Shown here in pieces: positions 13,008 to 27,300 of a DNA stretch of 64,000 nt. Where the stretch lies: positions 49,910,001-49,974,000 of the forward strand of contig OZ296654.1 of assembly GCA_965655095.1 (NCBI GenBank), given 5' to 3'. Below the pieces are notes generated by a model. That model did not search any database, was not told where the DNA came from, and worked only from the letters and a program-made list of their open reading frames with translations. The position numbers and the translations under genes were made by a program. This DNA is from Haplodiscus bocki. Its lineage: Eukaryota. How positions within the stretch are numbered: the stretch's first letter is position 1; each line of letters opens with the position of its first letter.

Positions 13008-16000
13008 GTTTGAGATTTTTCTTAATTTTTATGCTGAATTTATATGGCTAAATTGGACATGCTCGTGGTATAGTTCCTGATGCTTTCTTGAAAGTTCTTT
13101 CAATTTTCTCGGTGTTCAGTGCTATTTTTCTGGCAAGTTTTTTAAGCGTAATTTTTGCAACTACCGATCGCAGTGCAATCCAGATCGGTCTTATTCGCCG
13201 AAACGTTTTCAGGTCAAGGGTTTATTTGCGTATAAAAGCGCGTAGGAATTGTGTAAATTTTTAATCCGCCTGCTGCTAAATATGTTAAGCACTTGAAATG
13301 TTTATATAGGTACGACGACAGAATGGGGTATGGCCCCTCAGGACCAATACCGCCAGGAGGAGCATTGGCTGGTGCAGCTGCAATGGGGAACTCTTACAAT
13401 GACAAAAACAATTCTTACTCCTCAAACTCAATGGCAGCCTCTTCGCAGCACTTAACAGCACCTCACAAGGCAAATAGTGGAGGATACGGAGGCGGCAGCG
13501 GAAACTCAAGTAGAAGAGGGTCTTACAACAGTGGAATGTCGCAACAGGCAACTGCCAACAATAACAGCTACAGCACTGCTGGCCCCAATAACCCTAGCTT
13601 GTCCCCTTATAACTACCACCCTCCATTGGGTTCTGGAAACACCTCAGGTAAAGGTTAGGTTAACTAGCTATAATAAAGGATTGTGGGTTTTTGGTTTGAT
13701 GAAATAAATGGGAAGATTGTCGTTTGACTTCGTTTTCGAAGTTTCAGTCACCTTGGTCAAAACTAAAATGTATTATGGCAATGTTTCGCAAAACTGTTCC
13801 TTCGAGTCAACCAGAGCAGACTTCGCGCTTAAGTTACAGAACCGAATAGCAGAGTTTACTATCGGGGCTCTTATAGCAAAAAAATTGTAAAATACAAAAA
13901 ACTTTTGGTGCAGTTTATAGTCGTAGTTGAAAAGCGAGCGAGCTTTATCGTTGACATATATTTTTGGATTGCGTTAATTCGGATTCGATGCAGGTTGCAT
14001 GACCACTATTCTGAGCTTAAAACATATATTTAAGACCTAAAAGCCTTTTATAAATTTGTTTATATTCGGTTTTCTCAAAGCAACAGAATCTGATACTTTC
14101 CTTGCTTTCCTGAACATGAAGTTGCGACAGCACCCGCTAGTGGCCCATTTCAATCGTGCACATGAGACGGGAATGTTTTGAAGAACGCGGAAATAATCAA
14201 TTGTAACTCAAGCTCACATAACGTGTTGATAGTGGCCTTTACATCGCTAATGAAAATCCTTCCCTCAACACCGGTAGTAGTTTAGGCTTCGTCACTTGGC
14301 GTTGCATTTCCAAATTATCTGAAATATATTTTGTGTTCCACTTTGAACTTGTGTTTCCATTCTAGTCGCTTGGTTGTCTGTGTTAATACTTGAATTTTTT
14401 AGACCTGTTAATGATGTACACTTTTTTAAATCTTTCCGGGCAAAGTTCATTTATTTTAGGTCCTGGCCATAATATGCAACAATCTTTTTACCCTGGAGGA
14501 CCAGGACCCCAAGGAGGCAACGTGGATATGTTTACAAGGGGTTACAACTCGAACCCAAACTCAAACTTTGTTTCACCCTCGCCCACTTCCAATAGTCTGT
14601 ACGTTCAGAATAGTCAAGCTGGGCTGTCGGCTCCAAATATGCGGCAACAGTTTAGTCCCAGGGGCTCGTTCTCCTCCATGAACCCTTCTAATGCCCCTAG
14701 TGGGGGACTTATGGGGGCCTACGATGGGCTGGGATCTGGGCTGGGGAATCTTCAAAATCATAACCCAAATATGCCTGGACAACCTGGGCATCAACAAGCT
14801 ACAATGAATAATCAGGGAATGCAACAAAGCGGTGGATTAGGAGTTTCATCGATGAATGGTGCTGGCGGTGGAAACAGGGGGTTATCTTTTAACCAACAAC
14901 AGCAGGACAAAAACAACAATAATTATAATAACATCAGTAATAATAGTAATAATAATAATAATGCTAATAACAATAATAACAAGTCGTCTTCGACGTCATC
15001 GCCAGCGACTGGCTTCATCCAAATGTTCAGTCAGAAGATTCTACCGGTGATGACTGGAGGTGTGCATCGAGTTGCCTCTCCGAATAGGACCACAACTAAT
15101 AACAACAACCCAGCTGGGGGCAATAACACTTCGTCAACAGCCAATCAGAATCAGTTACAGCCTCAACAATATCCCGCTGCTGCCGCATCAGGTGGCGGAA
15201 TGTCTCCCTCAGGTATGAACAGAACTGTTGATCTAATCAATTTTATTAACTTTATAAAACAACCCTTGATGGCCCTTTCTTACCCCTATGAGATGTCTGG
15301 TCATGAATGACGCATTACCATAGAATTAAGATAAACACGGGATTTCTGATTTTGGTAAAGAAGTCGGTAATTTATAGTGGTTCGTTTCAAGCCGGTCTTT
15401 TTCGCTGGCCTGTATGACCAAGAAGGGAGCTGAGATCGTTAATTTGGGTGAACTACCGCTTTGGCAAAAAATAATGTGGGAAACACTTGGATTGAATTGA
15501 TGGACGTCCAGCGCTAAAAGTCTTTGTGTTTTTGCATGAAAAGACAAAATTATTCTCAAAAAATCTGCGTTATTGGTGCTTGGAAACATGGAATAACTTC
15601 ATTGAAGGTGTTCTTGATGATTTTTGCAAGTTCGTGAAGTTGATTCAGGTTTTTATTTACCCTGCGCTTTTGTGCAATTGTGACAATTTTTATGTGAAAT
15701 GGAAAAAATGTGATGCTGAGAATGATTTTTCTTCCGTACAGAATGTACGGGTGGTAAAACAGAACGCTCGAAACAAAAGCTCGTTTCATCTGCGGACTTC
15801 AGCACTTTTGATGATAATTGTAAATTATGAAATATTTCAGGTGCCTATCTGAATCCTCAACAACAACCCTTATCAGTTCACGCTCATCCGCCAGGCGGAG
15901 GGCCACATCCAAATAGACCAATGTTGCCCCCTCGCAGAGGAATGGGTGGCTACCCTAGAGGAGTCGGACCTGGATACTACAGACGAGGGGGTGCAGGAGG

Positions 16001-18290
16001 ATATGGGCCCAGAATGAAACATCCTTATCCCAATGATCCTAACAATCCACAAGTAAGCTGAGATTTCCGAAAGAACAATTTTTACATTAGGTTTATTGAT
16101 GTCAAATGAATATAGCGAAGTATTTCAGCAGGCTAAACAAGTAATTTTAATTGAAATAAACTCTTGATTAACCGCCATTCGGTTATTTGTCACTCTTGAT
16201 TCATCCTCGCGGCCATAATCGTGCAAACAAAAAACACCATCATTTTTCATTTGTTTCTGCCACATGTGATCAGCCGCCTTCTCCTGGGTATTTTTTGTGC
16301 AGTGCCTTGTTGATCCGACGCAAGTGTTAGAAAGGTTCAAGGATTAATTGTAATGCTCTCTGTATGACGGAGCTTTCAATATTAAGTGACTTTGGAACAT
16401 TTGGACGAACTTTGGAATATTTAAATGACCTGAAAAAATGCGAATATAAATGGAATGTTGAATTTTTGTTTGTGAATACGTAGCTCGATCTCGTTTGTAG
16501 GGCATGAGAGGGCGAAGAAGGGGCGGCTATCCCGGTGGTGGTGGCCCACACTTTCGTGGAGCAGCCGGGCCCAATTCGCTTCCCAATTCGCCCAGCAACG
16601 CTCAACTAAGGAAGGCGTCTGCCCCTTCTTATATCAATGCAGGGGGTGGCTATCAATACACAGACCAAGACAGTACCAATTATCACATGCAACCACAACA
16701 AGACTCATCTTCAGGACCACATCCCTCCAATTTAGGTTCGTAACTCTTGAGATGGTATTATGAAATGAAGCGTAGGGGTGATGAATCTACCTGCAAAGCG
16801 AAAGAGTGCAGATTCGATGCTGTACTTTCGTGGTGACTTTTGCTTGATGCCGTTATCACTTAGATTGCCGTTGACTATTAATAATAATTTTCACTACCTG
16901 TCTTAACATTAAAATAGTGATAACTTTCCTGTCTTGGTTTTAAAGAATAAAAACATGGAATTTTCGAAAAGCTGTAAATATCTTGGGGTGTACTTGGACA
17001 ACAAACTTCTTTCTTCACTCATGATACGTTCAATTGCGAAAATGGTGCTGTTGAATTATATAAAATGAAACATCAAGCCGATTTTTCAAAAAGGCATTTG
17101 GATTTACGGTTGCGTGAATTATTCAACACTTGAGTCGTTGCTCAAGCTGAAAAGAAACTTTTGCGACTCGTTTCGTCTCTGAAATAGCGAGATTGTTGTG
17201 AAGTTCTTCGAGAGGTATCAGATTTTAGCTGTTCAAGAGTTGCTTATGAACTATTGAAATTCATATTGCAATCTATTTACAAAATGCATGTTAACAGTTG
17301 CTTAAGTGACTTGTTTTCTTTCAAATTACCATCATATTATACAATGGAACGATGAAAATTTTCCTGAAACTACCTAATCGCAAAAAAATGCGTTGAGCGC
17401 CATTCCTTGAAGTTCAGAGGCACAAAATTGTTCAATATTCTTGTCGAAAACACTGTCCTGCCATTGAATGTGATGTGATCGACTTGTCTGAGGCAACATT
17501 CGGAAGTTTAGTACATCAAATGAGGGATGCCCGAGGGAATGTTTCATCACAGGATTCTGAAATCTTTTTTCCCGATCCCTCCACAACTCGCACAACTTTC
17601 TAGATTTTGACCAAAGAAAGGAGACATTTGCCTGGGCTTGAACCTGGAACCTTTCGCATCGGAGTCGCATGCTCTACTGATTGTGCCATTGCAGCTTTAG
17701 AATCATTGTTTTTTGTATGAAAAATCAAGCGAATGAAATAAAATAGCGTGAATAATAATGTACAAGAAATAACTGAGGTTATGTACACTTGTCAGTAGTA
17801 TTCGTAGTATTGTGGCCACTTCAAAAACTATTTGAGTTTCATTGATTTGTTCGCTAGTTTTCCGTTGGCGCAAGTGTTGCGAGCACAGCTTTGCCGCTGT
17901 GTTAAATCTGGTTTTGGATAAAAAGGTTTTTTACAATTGAAATTATATTCAACAAGTTAGATCGACTTAAGGTGGGCTTTGCTAAGGGGGGCAGAATTTT
18001 TCGCCAGAATTGTCGAATTCTTTTCCGTTGTTGTCGATCTTGTAGAGATTTTCCCTAGTTTTTCTTCCCTCTCTCTTTGTCCGGATTCTATTGTTCCTTG
18101 CAATTTTTGTTCAATTTAGTTTTTAGTTGTATGGGGAGCATCTTGTGAATCTGTTGGATCCGTTCGCTGTCCTCCTTGACGTAGTTAATTGTTCACTACA
18201 AAAGTACTCGTAATTTTTGATAATTTAATTTGTTTAAAGTTACTGTTTTTAAAATGTATTACTCGGAGAAATGAATTCTCTCTCTCTCAC

Positions 18291-18321
<31 letters not shown>

Positions 18322-21300
18322 CTCTTTCTCAAAATGGTGGCCTGGCATTTTTTGCACCGAGTTTCACGGTTCATGCAAAAAAGCTCAACGTGAAAATAAA
18401 ATGAGTCGGTTCATTTGCAATCGCTTTTGCTAGTTTCCAACACGCGTACTTACAAAAAAGTTACAATTTCAGTTGTTTGGCAATTGAACCAGTATTGAGA
18501 AAGCCAGAAAAGCACTGTTCAAACTTATGAATGACACTCTGATTACAATGCAAAAAAATGACGTTTCGACAGGAAAACTATACTCTGCAGCACAAGAATT
18601 TGCGCCGATGAATACCATTTCAGTCGGTGCTTTCTAGAAGAAAATGTGCCCGACTAGTACGGTGACTTTTGTTTTTAAAGACCTTTGAAATGAACGAAGT
18701 TCTACAAAAAATCTACCCCTCGAATTAGTGCACTAGAAGGCCCCGATGGTCTAAAGGTTAGGAGAAAATGGTCTTCAAGCCATCGTCACTTGTCGGAAAC
18801 TAGATGATTCCAGAACATTTAAGCGGGAATACGTCTGATTTTCGCGTTTTTCGGCATATTTAGTTTTTGGGCGGTTTCTGTATTTTTATTATGGTTCTAC
18901 CACCCATCGACTTTTCTGCTACCCCGGCTCGTTGTTCTAGAGGGTAGGGCAAATGGTTTTTGAGCCATAAATAGGGGCTTGAGACTTGATAGCTTCCATT
19001 TTTCTAAAAACTTGTCCAATTTTAGTTTTCCAACACCCCACCCCACCCTAATTTTATGATTTTATGGTGAACCCATGGTTCATATAATTTTTTAATACCA
19101 AAACGAGATCGCCGTTAGATATTTTGAGTCGTATGGGTGCCACCGACTTGGGCCGTTTTCGGCTTGTTTATTAGTAGGTAGGACACGTCATGAGAAACGT
19201 ACAAAAATTGTTGAAGATTATCTCCATACAAAGTTTTTTATTTTTCGCAGCATATGTAATATGCAAGAAAAATTATTGATCCAGTAGGGTCGTTTTTTTT
19301 CTTTATCAGTCCAAACTTGCCAACTTTTTATTCAAAAATAAAGAACAGCAGGAGGGTTAGGACAACAGGGTTCTCAAGCAGTAGGTTCGGAGTTCGAGTC
19401 TCTGTCGTGTCAAATATTTTTATGATTTATCCTCAACATTTTTCGATACCCGAAATTAGTGAAACACTAAACGGTTCCTCTACGAAATTTTCGGCACTGT
19501 GAGACAAAAAATTTCTGACGGAATATCTTGATACTCCCTTATCTCTTATCCATAAACGTTTTCGCTACCGGAAATTTTAAACAGTACAGAAGGGCTCCAC
19601 TACGAAGTTTTCGGTACTGCGAGAGAAAAAAATTCGACAGAAAATCGTGATATTCCCCTCTTAGGCATAAAATTTTTTGATACCCGAAACTTCTGAAACA
19701 CAGAAAGGTTCCTCTACGAAATTTTTCGGCACTGTGAGACAAAAAACTTCCGACGGAAAATCTTGCTACTCCCCCACCCCCTCTTATCCTTAAACTTTTT
19801 CGCCACCGGAAATTTTCTGAAATACTGCACAAAAGGGTCCCCCTATGAAATTTTTCGGCAGTGAGACAAAAAATGTCCGACGGAAAATCTTGCTACTCCC
19901 CCACCCCCTCTTATCCATAAACTTTTTCGCCACCGGAAATTTTCTTGAAATACTGCACAAACGTGATACCTCGTCTTTTCATCCATAAAACTTTCCGAAA
20001 CCAGAAAGTTTCTCAAAAACAGTAGGATTCCCTTCCGAAATATTTCGGCACTGTGAGACAAAAATTTGGACTGAAAATTGTTATATGCCCCCTCTTATCC
20101 ATAAATTTTTTTCGATACCAGAAATTTTCTGGAAAACAGAAGAGTTCCTTTACAAAGCTTTTCGTTTCGTTCCTGTGAAAAAAAATTTCAACAAAACCGT
20201 GATGGTACAGTGAGACAAAAACTTCGACGAAGAAACTCGATACTCCTCTCTCTGATGCATAAAATTTTTCGCTACCCGAAATTTTCTGATACACCGAAGT
20301 GTTCCCCAGCGAAGTTTTTCGGTACTGTGTGACAAAAAATTTTGAACGAAAAGTCGTGATAACCCCTCTTTTGCATAGAATATAGATTTCAGTGGTGGAA
20401 TTGATGTTTGTAGAAAACTTTCGCAAACTAGATTTTAAACAGTAGTCTCGTTTTTAACTGTGGGCAAATGTTGATCAAAATATTTGTATTCCTGCGAAAA
20501 ATATACCGGTGCTAGCCGGCCGTCTTGTTTGATATCTGACGAAATAATGAATCATAACTGCCCTATGACAAACTTTCGAATGTAGCCAAATTTTTTGCGG
20601 ACCTATGTCGCTGTGAACAAGCTGTGTCATTCGAATGAAACAGGGCAAGAAATATGAGTTTAGTTTCTTTTTAAAGAAAATGGACTTTGTGAAACTACTC
20701 GGCAATTTTGAATTTTCTCAAGAAGTTGCAACTTTACTGTGCAACGTTCTGTATAAGCTATCTTTCATCAAATTGTTAGTAACAAAGGAGTGAAAGTTTG
20801 AAATGCTCCCTAGTCAAAATCTAGCTGAAGTAAGTACTGAGTAGTTTTCGTGATATTTACTTTTCCTGCTTCTTTTCCAAGTCCAAATTGAACTCAATTT
20901 GACGATTAAAGTGAGTCACCAAAAATAACTCCGGGAAATTTAAGGCCGTTAAACAAATCACACGCTAGAAGGTGACAAATTGAAGCTGTCAAAGGTACTG
21001 AATTTTCAACATGATCGTTTGCCGAAGACATGAGTTTCAAGTACGGTAGCAGAAACAAAAACAAATCCCCCTAATTTTACCAGGATTTTGAATATACGAA
21101 AAATGGTCAACCAAAACAATTGTTCATTGGATATAAAGATTTGAAAGTTTGGTTGTAAAGCAATTTCTCCCTGCGGAGATACGATCAGTAGTTTTGAAAG
21201 AGACCACGGCTGTCGTGATGTTCCGGAGAAGCAGAAGCCAGAAAAAACGTTGCTGCTACGAAATATTTGAATTTATAGAGGCAGAACTGCCGCGATTGCG

Positions 21301-24300
21301 GCGAGCTTGGGGAGCATCTGGGATTATGTGTTCAGTTATCAATGCCGAAAAAAAGCCAATCACCACAACGCTAAACCGCCATCACCGGAAAAAAACGAAC
21401 GATATACCGAGCTCCTTCACACCAAATTTTCGAAGTACCCGGAGAATACAAAGATTTTTTCATGCAGCTACGGCTCAGAAGACCGAGAAACAATTTTGAC
21501 CTGTGGCCAAGATACATTGCTAGCTTTAAAATATTTCAACGCTTATGGCTGGTTGGCGAAACATTCAAACTTTGCCCCGGATTCTTATTTCCAATTTTCA
21601 CACATGCATCCCTACAAATGGGATCAACAAATGCATCCCTCCCTACATTTATCCTGCATTTTCCAATTAAACACAAAAAATGAACGAATTTTTATGGCTG
21701 CTTCAGAAATTTTTACAAGTAGCAATTCTACAAGAATTCTGGTAGGTTTCTTTCTAGCTGCTATGAACGCTTTTCATAATGTTTTCACTGACGCAAATCT
21801 ATGAGGTTGTTACTTTCAACAGTCTTTGATCACGAAACTAACGATATCGGGTCGAAAAGCCCTGTACAAGCAGAAACCAGTATTAGCCCTTTCTCTGTGA
21901 ACGATGCCAGCCCTAGTTTCACTTCCGCGAAAAAACTTTGAACCAGTTTTCGATTTAATTGTCGAAGAAATCGTTTCAGGAGTATGTAATGGAAAACATT
22001 GAATGTTGTCGAAGAAATCATTTCAGGAGTATGTAATGGAAAACATTGAATCAGTGTCATCCTTTTTTCAAAAATTTGATATAGGCCATATCTTGGAGAC
22101 ACATACCCACCCCAGTCTTCCAACCTAAAATTTGGAACCTTTCCGTTCCAGCTATAGACGGTCTTGCCGGAACCAATTGTTCCAGAGGGTTGGCGTTTTG
22201 GCTTGCAAGAGATCTCGCCCAAACACCTCCATTTTCATTCGATAGCTGCAAAAGGATTTTAATCCATAAAAGTAATATCAATCAAAGACTTGCAGGCGCT
22301 GAGAACCCCACCTGAAAAATTTACCTGCTACTGTACAACAGAGTGCAAAACATTTGAAGGGAATGAAAAACTGGTGGAGAAAAATTTTAGTTCGTGAAAG
22401 CCTTCGATCATTTACCGTCAAGAGAAACACCTGTGAATGCTTAAAAACGTTTTGTTTGTTTTTAGATTTTCTGCTGGTCTCATTTAACTATTTTTTATTC
22501 TTTTTTCAGTTAATCTTCTAAAGGTACAATCAACGGGCGTCCGTTTGCGTCCTTCCCCAGGTGCCAAAGTTGCCAACTTCATTTTTTTTCTCTGATGTAG
22601 CCAGATTGTAGTCATGCTCATGAAACTACAGGGCGTGACTGAGGAACATACCAACTTTTTAAAGGACTAGCACTTCTCTAAATTGTTATTTGTAACTGAC
22701 TTAAGCTTTGGTTCTGTCGAAAAGTTCCGAGAATTCAACAATTGCTGTTTTTTTCATAGCTTCTTTTCGATGACTAATTTTTTAACGTAAATATTCGCTC
22801 ATGTCTGAATTTTTATGATTTCGAGCGTCTAATTTTGCTTTGAGATTCATGACAAGTTTATGTTTAAAAGTTCCTCTGATGTTTGAAAACTTGGTATGGT
22901 TTTTGTAAGTTCAGAACAAATTCTCTTTGATATTTTCAGCCCCATTGTAAAGTGGCACCTAATGTATTTCAAATTCGGCTGCTTATGCTTTGATTCACAG
23001 AGCGCGCAAAGCGAAAGTTTGAGCGGACTGCGTAGACCTGATGATTTTCGCTTTGTTTGATGCTTCGCGCGAACTACGAGGTTACCTGTTTTTGAAATGC
23101 GAACAACTTTCCACTCTAACAGATAGAGGAAATTGTCTGATGATGAGTTTCCTTTTGTTCTCTTAACAGATTTCGACTCGGGAGATTTTATTTTGAGATA
23201 TTTTGGTTTAAGAGATTTCGGCATGTAACCCTCAAAACAAAAAGCACTCTTTTTTATTTGAACCATTTTGAAAATACTGAGAATCTGTCAGGCATTTAAA
23301 ACCTGATCGGTTCCGTGAATTGGTTAATAGAAATCCTGAGATTGAAAAACGTCAATGCGGCAGCCATGTATGCAACTATAGAGAATAAATGAACGGTTCA
23401 ACTTTTTTCAAGAATAACGATTTCTTAAAATTTGCTATTAGTTTGAGATTAGTTTTACGATATGACAACATGCAAGCGATTTGGATATTTTCTGTAGGAG
23501 GTGGAGGCTTCTATTACGACGACACCGCCTCTTACCCGTCTTACAGCCGACACGGAAGTCTGACGGAGAACAATCTAGGGGTAACCCCTTCGCAGCAGAT
23601 GAGACCAATGACATCCGGGGGTGGCTGGGACAATGAAGCAGGAGGAGGGGGTATGTTTATGAAAAGGGGATCTTCTCTGGCGGCTAGAAGGTCACCTGCC
23701 CACTTAGACAAGCGAGATTCGTTCAGCTCAGACCTCTCAGGTGAAATCAGACCCAACTCTGCTGCTGCTGCCACCGCAAACACTTCCAGACATCACTCCA
23801 GTCGAAGGTCAGTTAGTCCAAGCCAGATTCAAATTTCGCAATTTTTCTGAATTATAACTTTTAATTTACTTCTTTTTTCCAATCAATGTTTATGTATATA
23901 TTTTTAAAGTCCTATATTTTTTAAGGAAATTAAGTGTTTGAAAAGAAAGAAATCGAGTACCTTTGCCTCACATTGTCATTTTTGCCTAATTTTCATTGAA
24001 AACGGTGTCGAAGTTAAATTACGTTAAATGTTTTATTCAAATCCTTGAAATACGGGAAAGTTTTGGTTGTTCAAAGTTCAGTTTGTTTTGATGACGTTTG
24101 TGGAATTGACTTATTTCGCAACGGAAATTACTGCAATCAATTTAACTTCAACTGTTGAAAAATTTAAATTCTAAGTGGACCTCAAGGACTGCAATGTTAT
24201 ACGGGGCTTTTAGGTCGAGCTCCCGTCACTCGGCAGGGGCAGGAGTGAGTGGGGCTGGGGTTGGTAGAGAGATGAGAAACAGAAGAAGCAGCAGTTTCGG

Positions 24301-27300
24301 ATACAATACCACATCTTCAAACAAACCACACCATCGCTCTTCACGAGGGGGAGCAAGGGCACTAGGCATGGATACGTGGGGCGGAGGCGGACCAACGAGT
24401 GGTTCAGGTCAGCAATAATCACATTCCGCTCCTCTTTATTATTTACTCTGATCAAAGCCATATTTATAAGGCCGGTTGCACTAGAATTCTGGAAGAGCTT
24501 ATAGTTATGACAAACTGCTGTGGAAACGTAATTTTGATTTTTAGCTATTACAAACCACTATCATTGTAATGCGGCTTTTTATTTACAAGGAAATAAACGG
24601 ACTATTACTGTGTTCGGCAGTTAACAATTAAGTAAAGTGCCCGATTATTACAGTGGCTAGTTTTTTCATCGTGTAATCGACGAAAATAGAGAATCGGCTT
24701 CATGAACTCCTAAAAAAACTGTAGTACTTTAAGAACGGCTATATACTACTCCACTCCTAACAAGTACAAACAGTACAGAAAACATGAGTATAACGTTATA
24801 ATACAAAAAACCAGGACTTTCGGTCCGACATTTTTTTCGGGATACCCCCCCCCCCTTCACATTGCATTTTCTTTGCAGAGGCAAATACGAATAATGCTTC
24901 AACTAATAACTTCCTCAAGAAGTAAGTATCATAGCAAGGGGTCCCTCTGCTAATTTTTCGGCGCTCTACGGCCAAATATTTAGAAGAAATGAATAAACCA
25001 AATTTTTGTTCGAAAGGTCATAATTTCGGCCCAAAAAAGGATTTCACCCTGGATATTTCATGACTTGCGTACGGTGCCGACTTGGGCCGTTCATAGCTTG
25101 CTTTTCATATCATGGTGTACTTTTTCGCAAATTTTAAAAAAATTTCGCATATACTAAAAACTTTCATATCCTCTTGCATATATCGGAACTCTTCGAAAAG
25201 AAAACTAAAAACATTTGTAATGTCCCCTGTTCGTGGAGAACAAAATTTTATCGGTTTACTGAATTTTTCCAGAGTGTGAAGCGTACCGAAGAGTCAGTCT
25301 ACGATAATTTTTGGTAGCTAGACAGTGAATATTCATGGAAAAATTTGTGATAACCCCTTGCTTATAATTTACTAAAGCATAATGTAAGCTCTTTTTCAAA
25401 AAATTTTCGATTGGGTGAAATCAATTTTTTAGAAAAATAAAGTTGAACTTGATGGTTGATTTTTCTCTATTTTTTAAAAATGCAAATCCGGGAATTTTTT
25501 GAAATATCTCCACTATTTTTACAAAATAACAATATCTGCGATATCTAAAACTTACAAATTGTTCTATATTCTAATTTATAATGGAAAAGCAGATGTAGTT
25601 GTTTATGTACGAAACACCATGCTTCGTGTTAAATGGTCAGGTAAACCCATGTTTGATTGCATGATGTGTTGTTTTGCAGTTGGAGCCGGTTACTCTTTGA
25701 GCAGTAGTGAAGATGATGTGAGATCCACAACAGAATATTCAAGTGCTGCCGAAGACGAACAACTGGTTGAACTGCAACTGCTCTCAGGTGCTCCAGGGGG
25801 AGGACCCTCTTCTGTTTCTGCGACCGCATCAGTAGTTGGTGGAGGCTCTGGTCTGTACAACTACGATCTAGAGTTGTACGACGAAGATGATGATTTTGAT
25901 GATGACAGCGAGTACCAATTCAGTGTACATTCTGCTGATTCATCCAGTTAGTCTACAAACAAAATAAAATCGTTAATGGTTTTCACGTTCTCCTTAATGA
26001 TTCGGTATTGGATATTCAGGCAGGAAATTTAAGTCACCGGTATGATAGAATCAAAGTTTGAAATTCCATTCGATATTTTTTGGTGTCTACAAGTGTTTCG
26101 AGTCCTGTTGCTGATTTTAATTAAAGCTATTATAAGTAATCATTCCGCAACACAACAGAGTGTCTAGCTAGCGTTTGATCTTTTCGGTCGTCTTCCTGAG
26201 GTTACATCAGTTTCTTATTACGTACAGTGCTTAGTTCCACACAACGCTGAAAGGTAATCATCAAGCCCTTTCAAAATATACTATGGATTCACGTTGCAAA
26301 AATTTGATTGTTTTGGCAGTTTGTTTGAGGTTGAGCTTTTCTACGTTTTTTAAAAAAGTGAAAAAATTGAATTTTACTCTCTTTTATCTTCAGTATTGAA
26401 ATGGGAAACTGGGTGGGGTGGGGGGTTGTACTTTATTTTCACTTTCGAACCGTTTTTCGGAATGACATGTAAATTAACGCTTAGAGTGCTCCAATATTCG
26501 AGCCCCGAAAGTTTCTTCACATGGGAAAAAGTATCTGACTACTGCTGTGGCTAGTTTTCGTTCTCTCTTCATTTGGGGAGAATGAAGAATTGTGGTTTTG
26601 TGCATAAAATGAGAAAATATAAAAAGCAAAAGACCATATTCAAGTAGCGCAAGTGTGGGCATATCCACTTGGTTATGCCTAATGATTTTTTTAAAACAAG
26701 TTTCCACTACACCTAGGGTCCTCTGCGTATATTCATTCCAGTGGTGCAGACTGGGACAGATGTGTTTTAGTTTTTTCTTAATTTTAATAATGGATGGTTT
26801 TTGTGCCTTGCCCTCGTGTAATAGGCTGGATTGAGTCTGCATTGGATGATATGGAAGATGCAACAGGTGCAGTTGTAGGTGGAGTATCATCTGCAGCAGC
26901 TGTACTCTCCTCCGTGGCCGCTACAGCAGTCAAAGTATGACGTCATCCCAAAAACTACTGAAGAACCTTTTCTCAAAACCCATAGTTCAGAAATTCCCAA
27001 TGCTTCACACGTCTCGTTCATAATTTTCAATGAGATATGACTCTATGTTTATTGTGTTCACCCAGTAGTTCACCTTTTCAATAGTTTGGGGATCAATTAC
27101 CTTGATCACGGTTGACATGATTCGATTGTTATAAATTTTTTTTCTTTCCGGCAAACATTTGAAAAAAACCGCTAGATGTTCCGTGGGTCCTTACTACGAA
27201 TTTATTAGAGAGTGCTAATTTTGGCAGCTTTCTTCAACTCAGAAAAGTGAAAAAATCTTTTCACCTGTTCCAGCTCACATATTGTAAACCCTGCACCCCC

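Noticed and set aside
12585-13551. Minus-strand ORFs overlapping RIM exons (also at 23541, 48412, 52654, 53339 and others)
   Set aside because: Shadow ORFs of GC-richer low-complexity exons
19440-20385. Repeat array as a CRISPR array
   Set aside because: Units are long degenerate tandem copies without unique spacers, there are no cas genes, and the context is a eukaryotic intron
22847-23266. 139-aa minus-strand ORF
   Set aside because: No recognisable domain or splice framework; likely decayed repeat sequence
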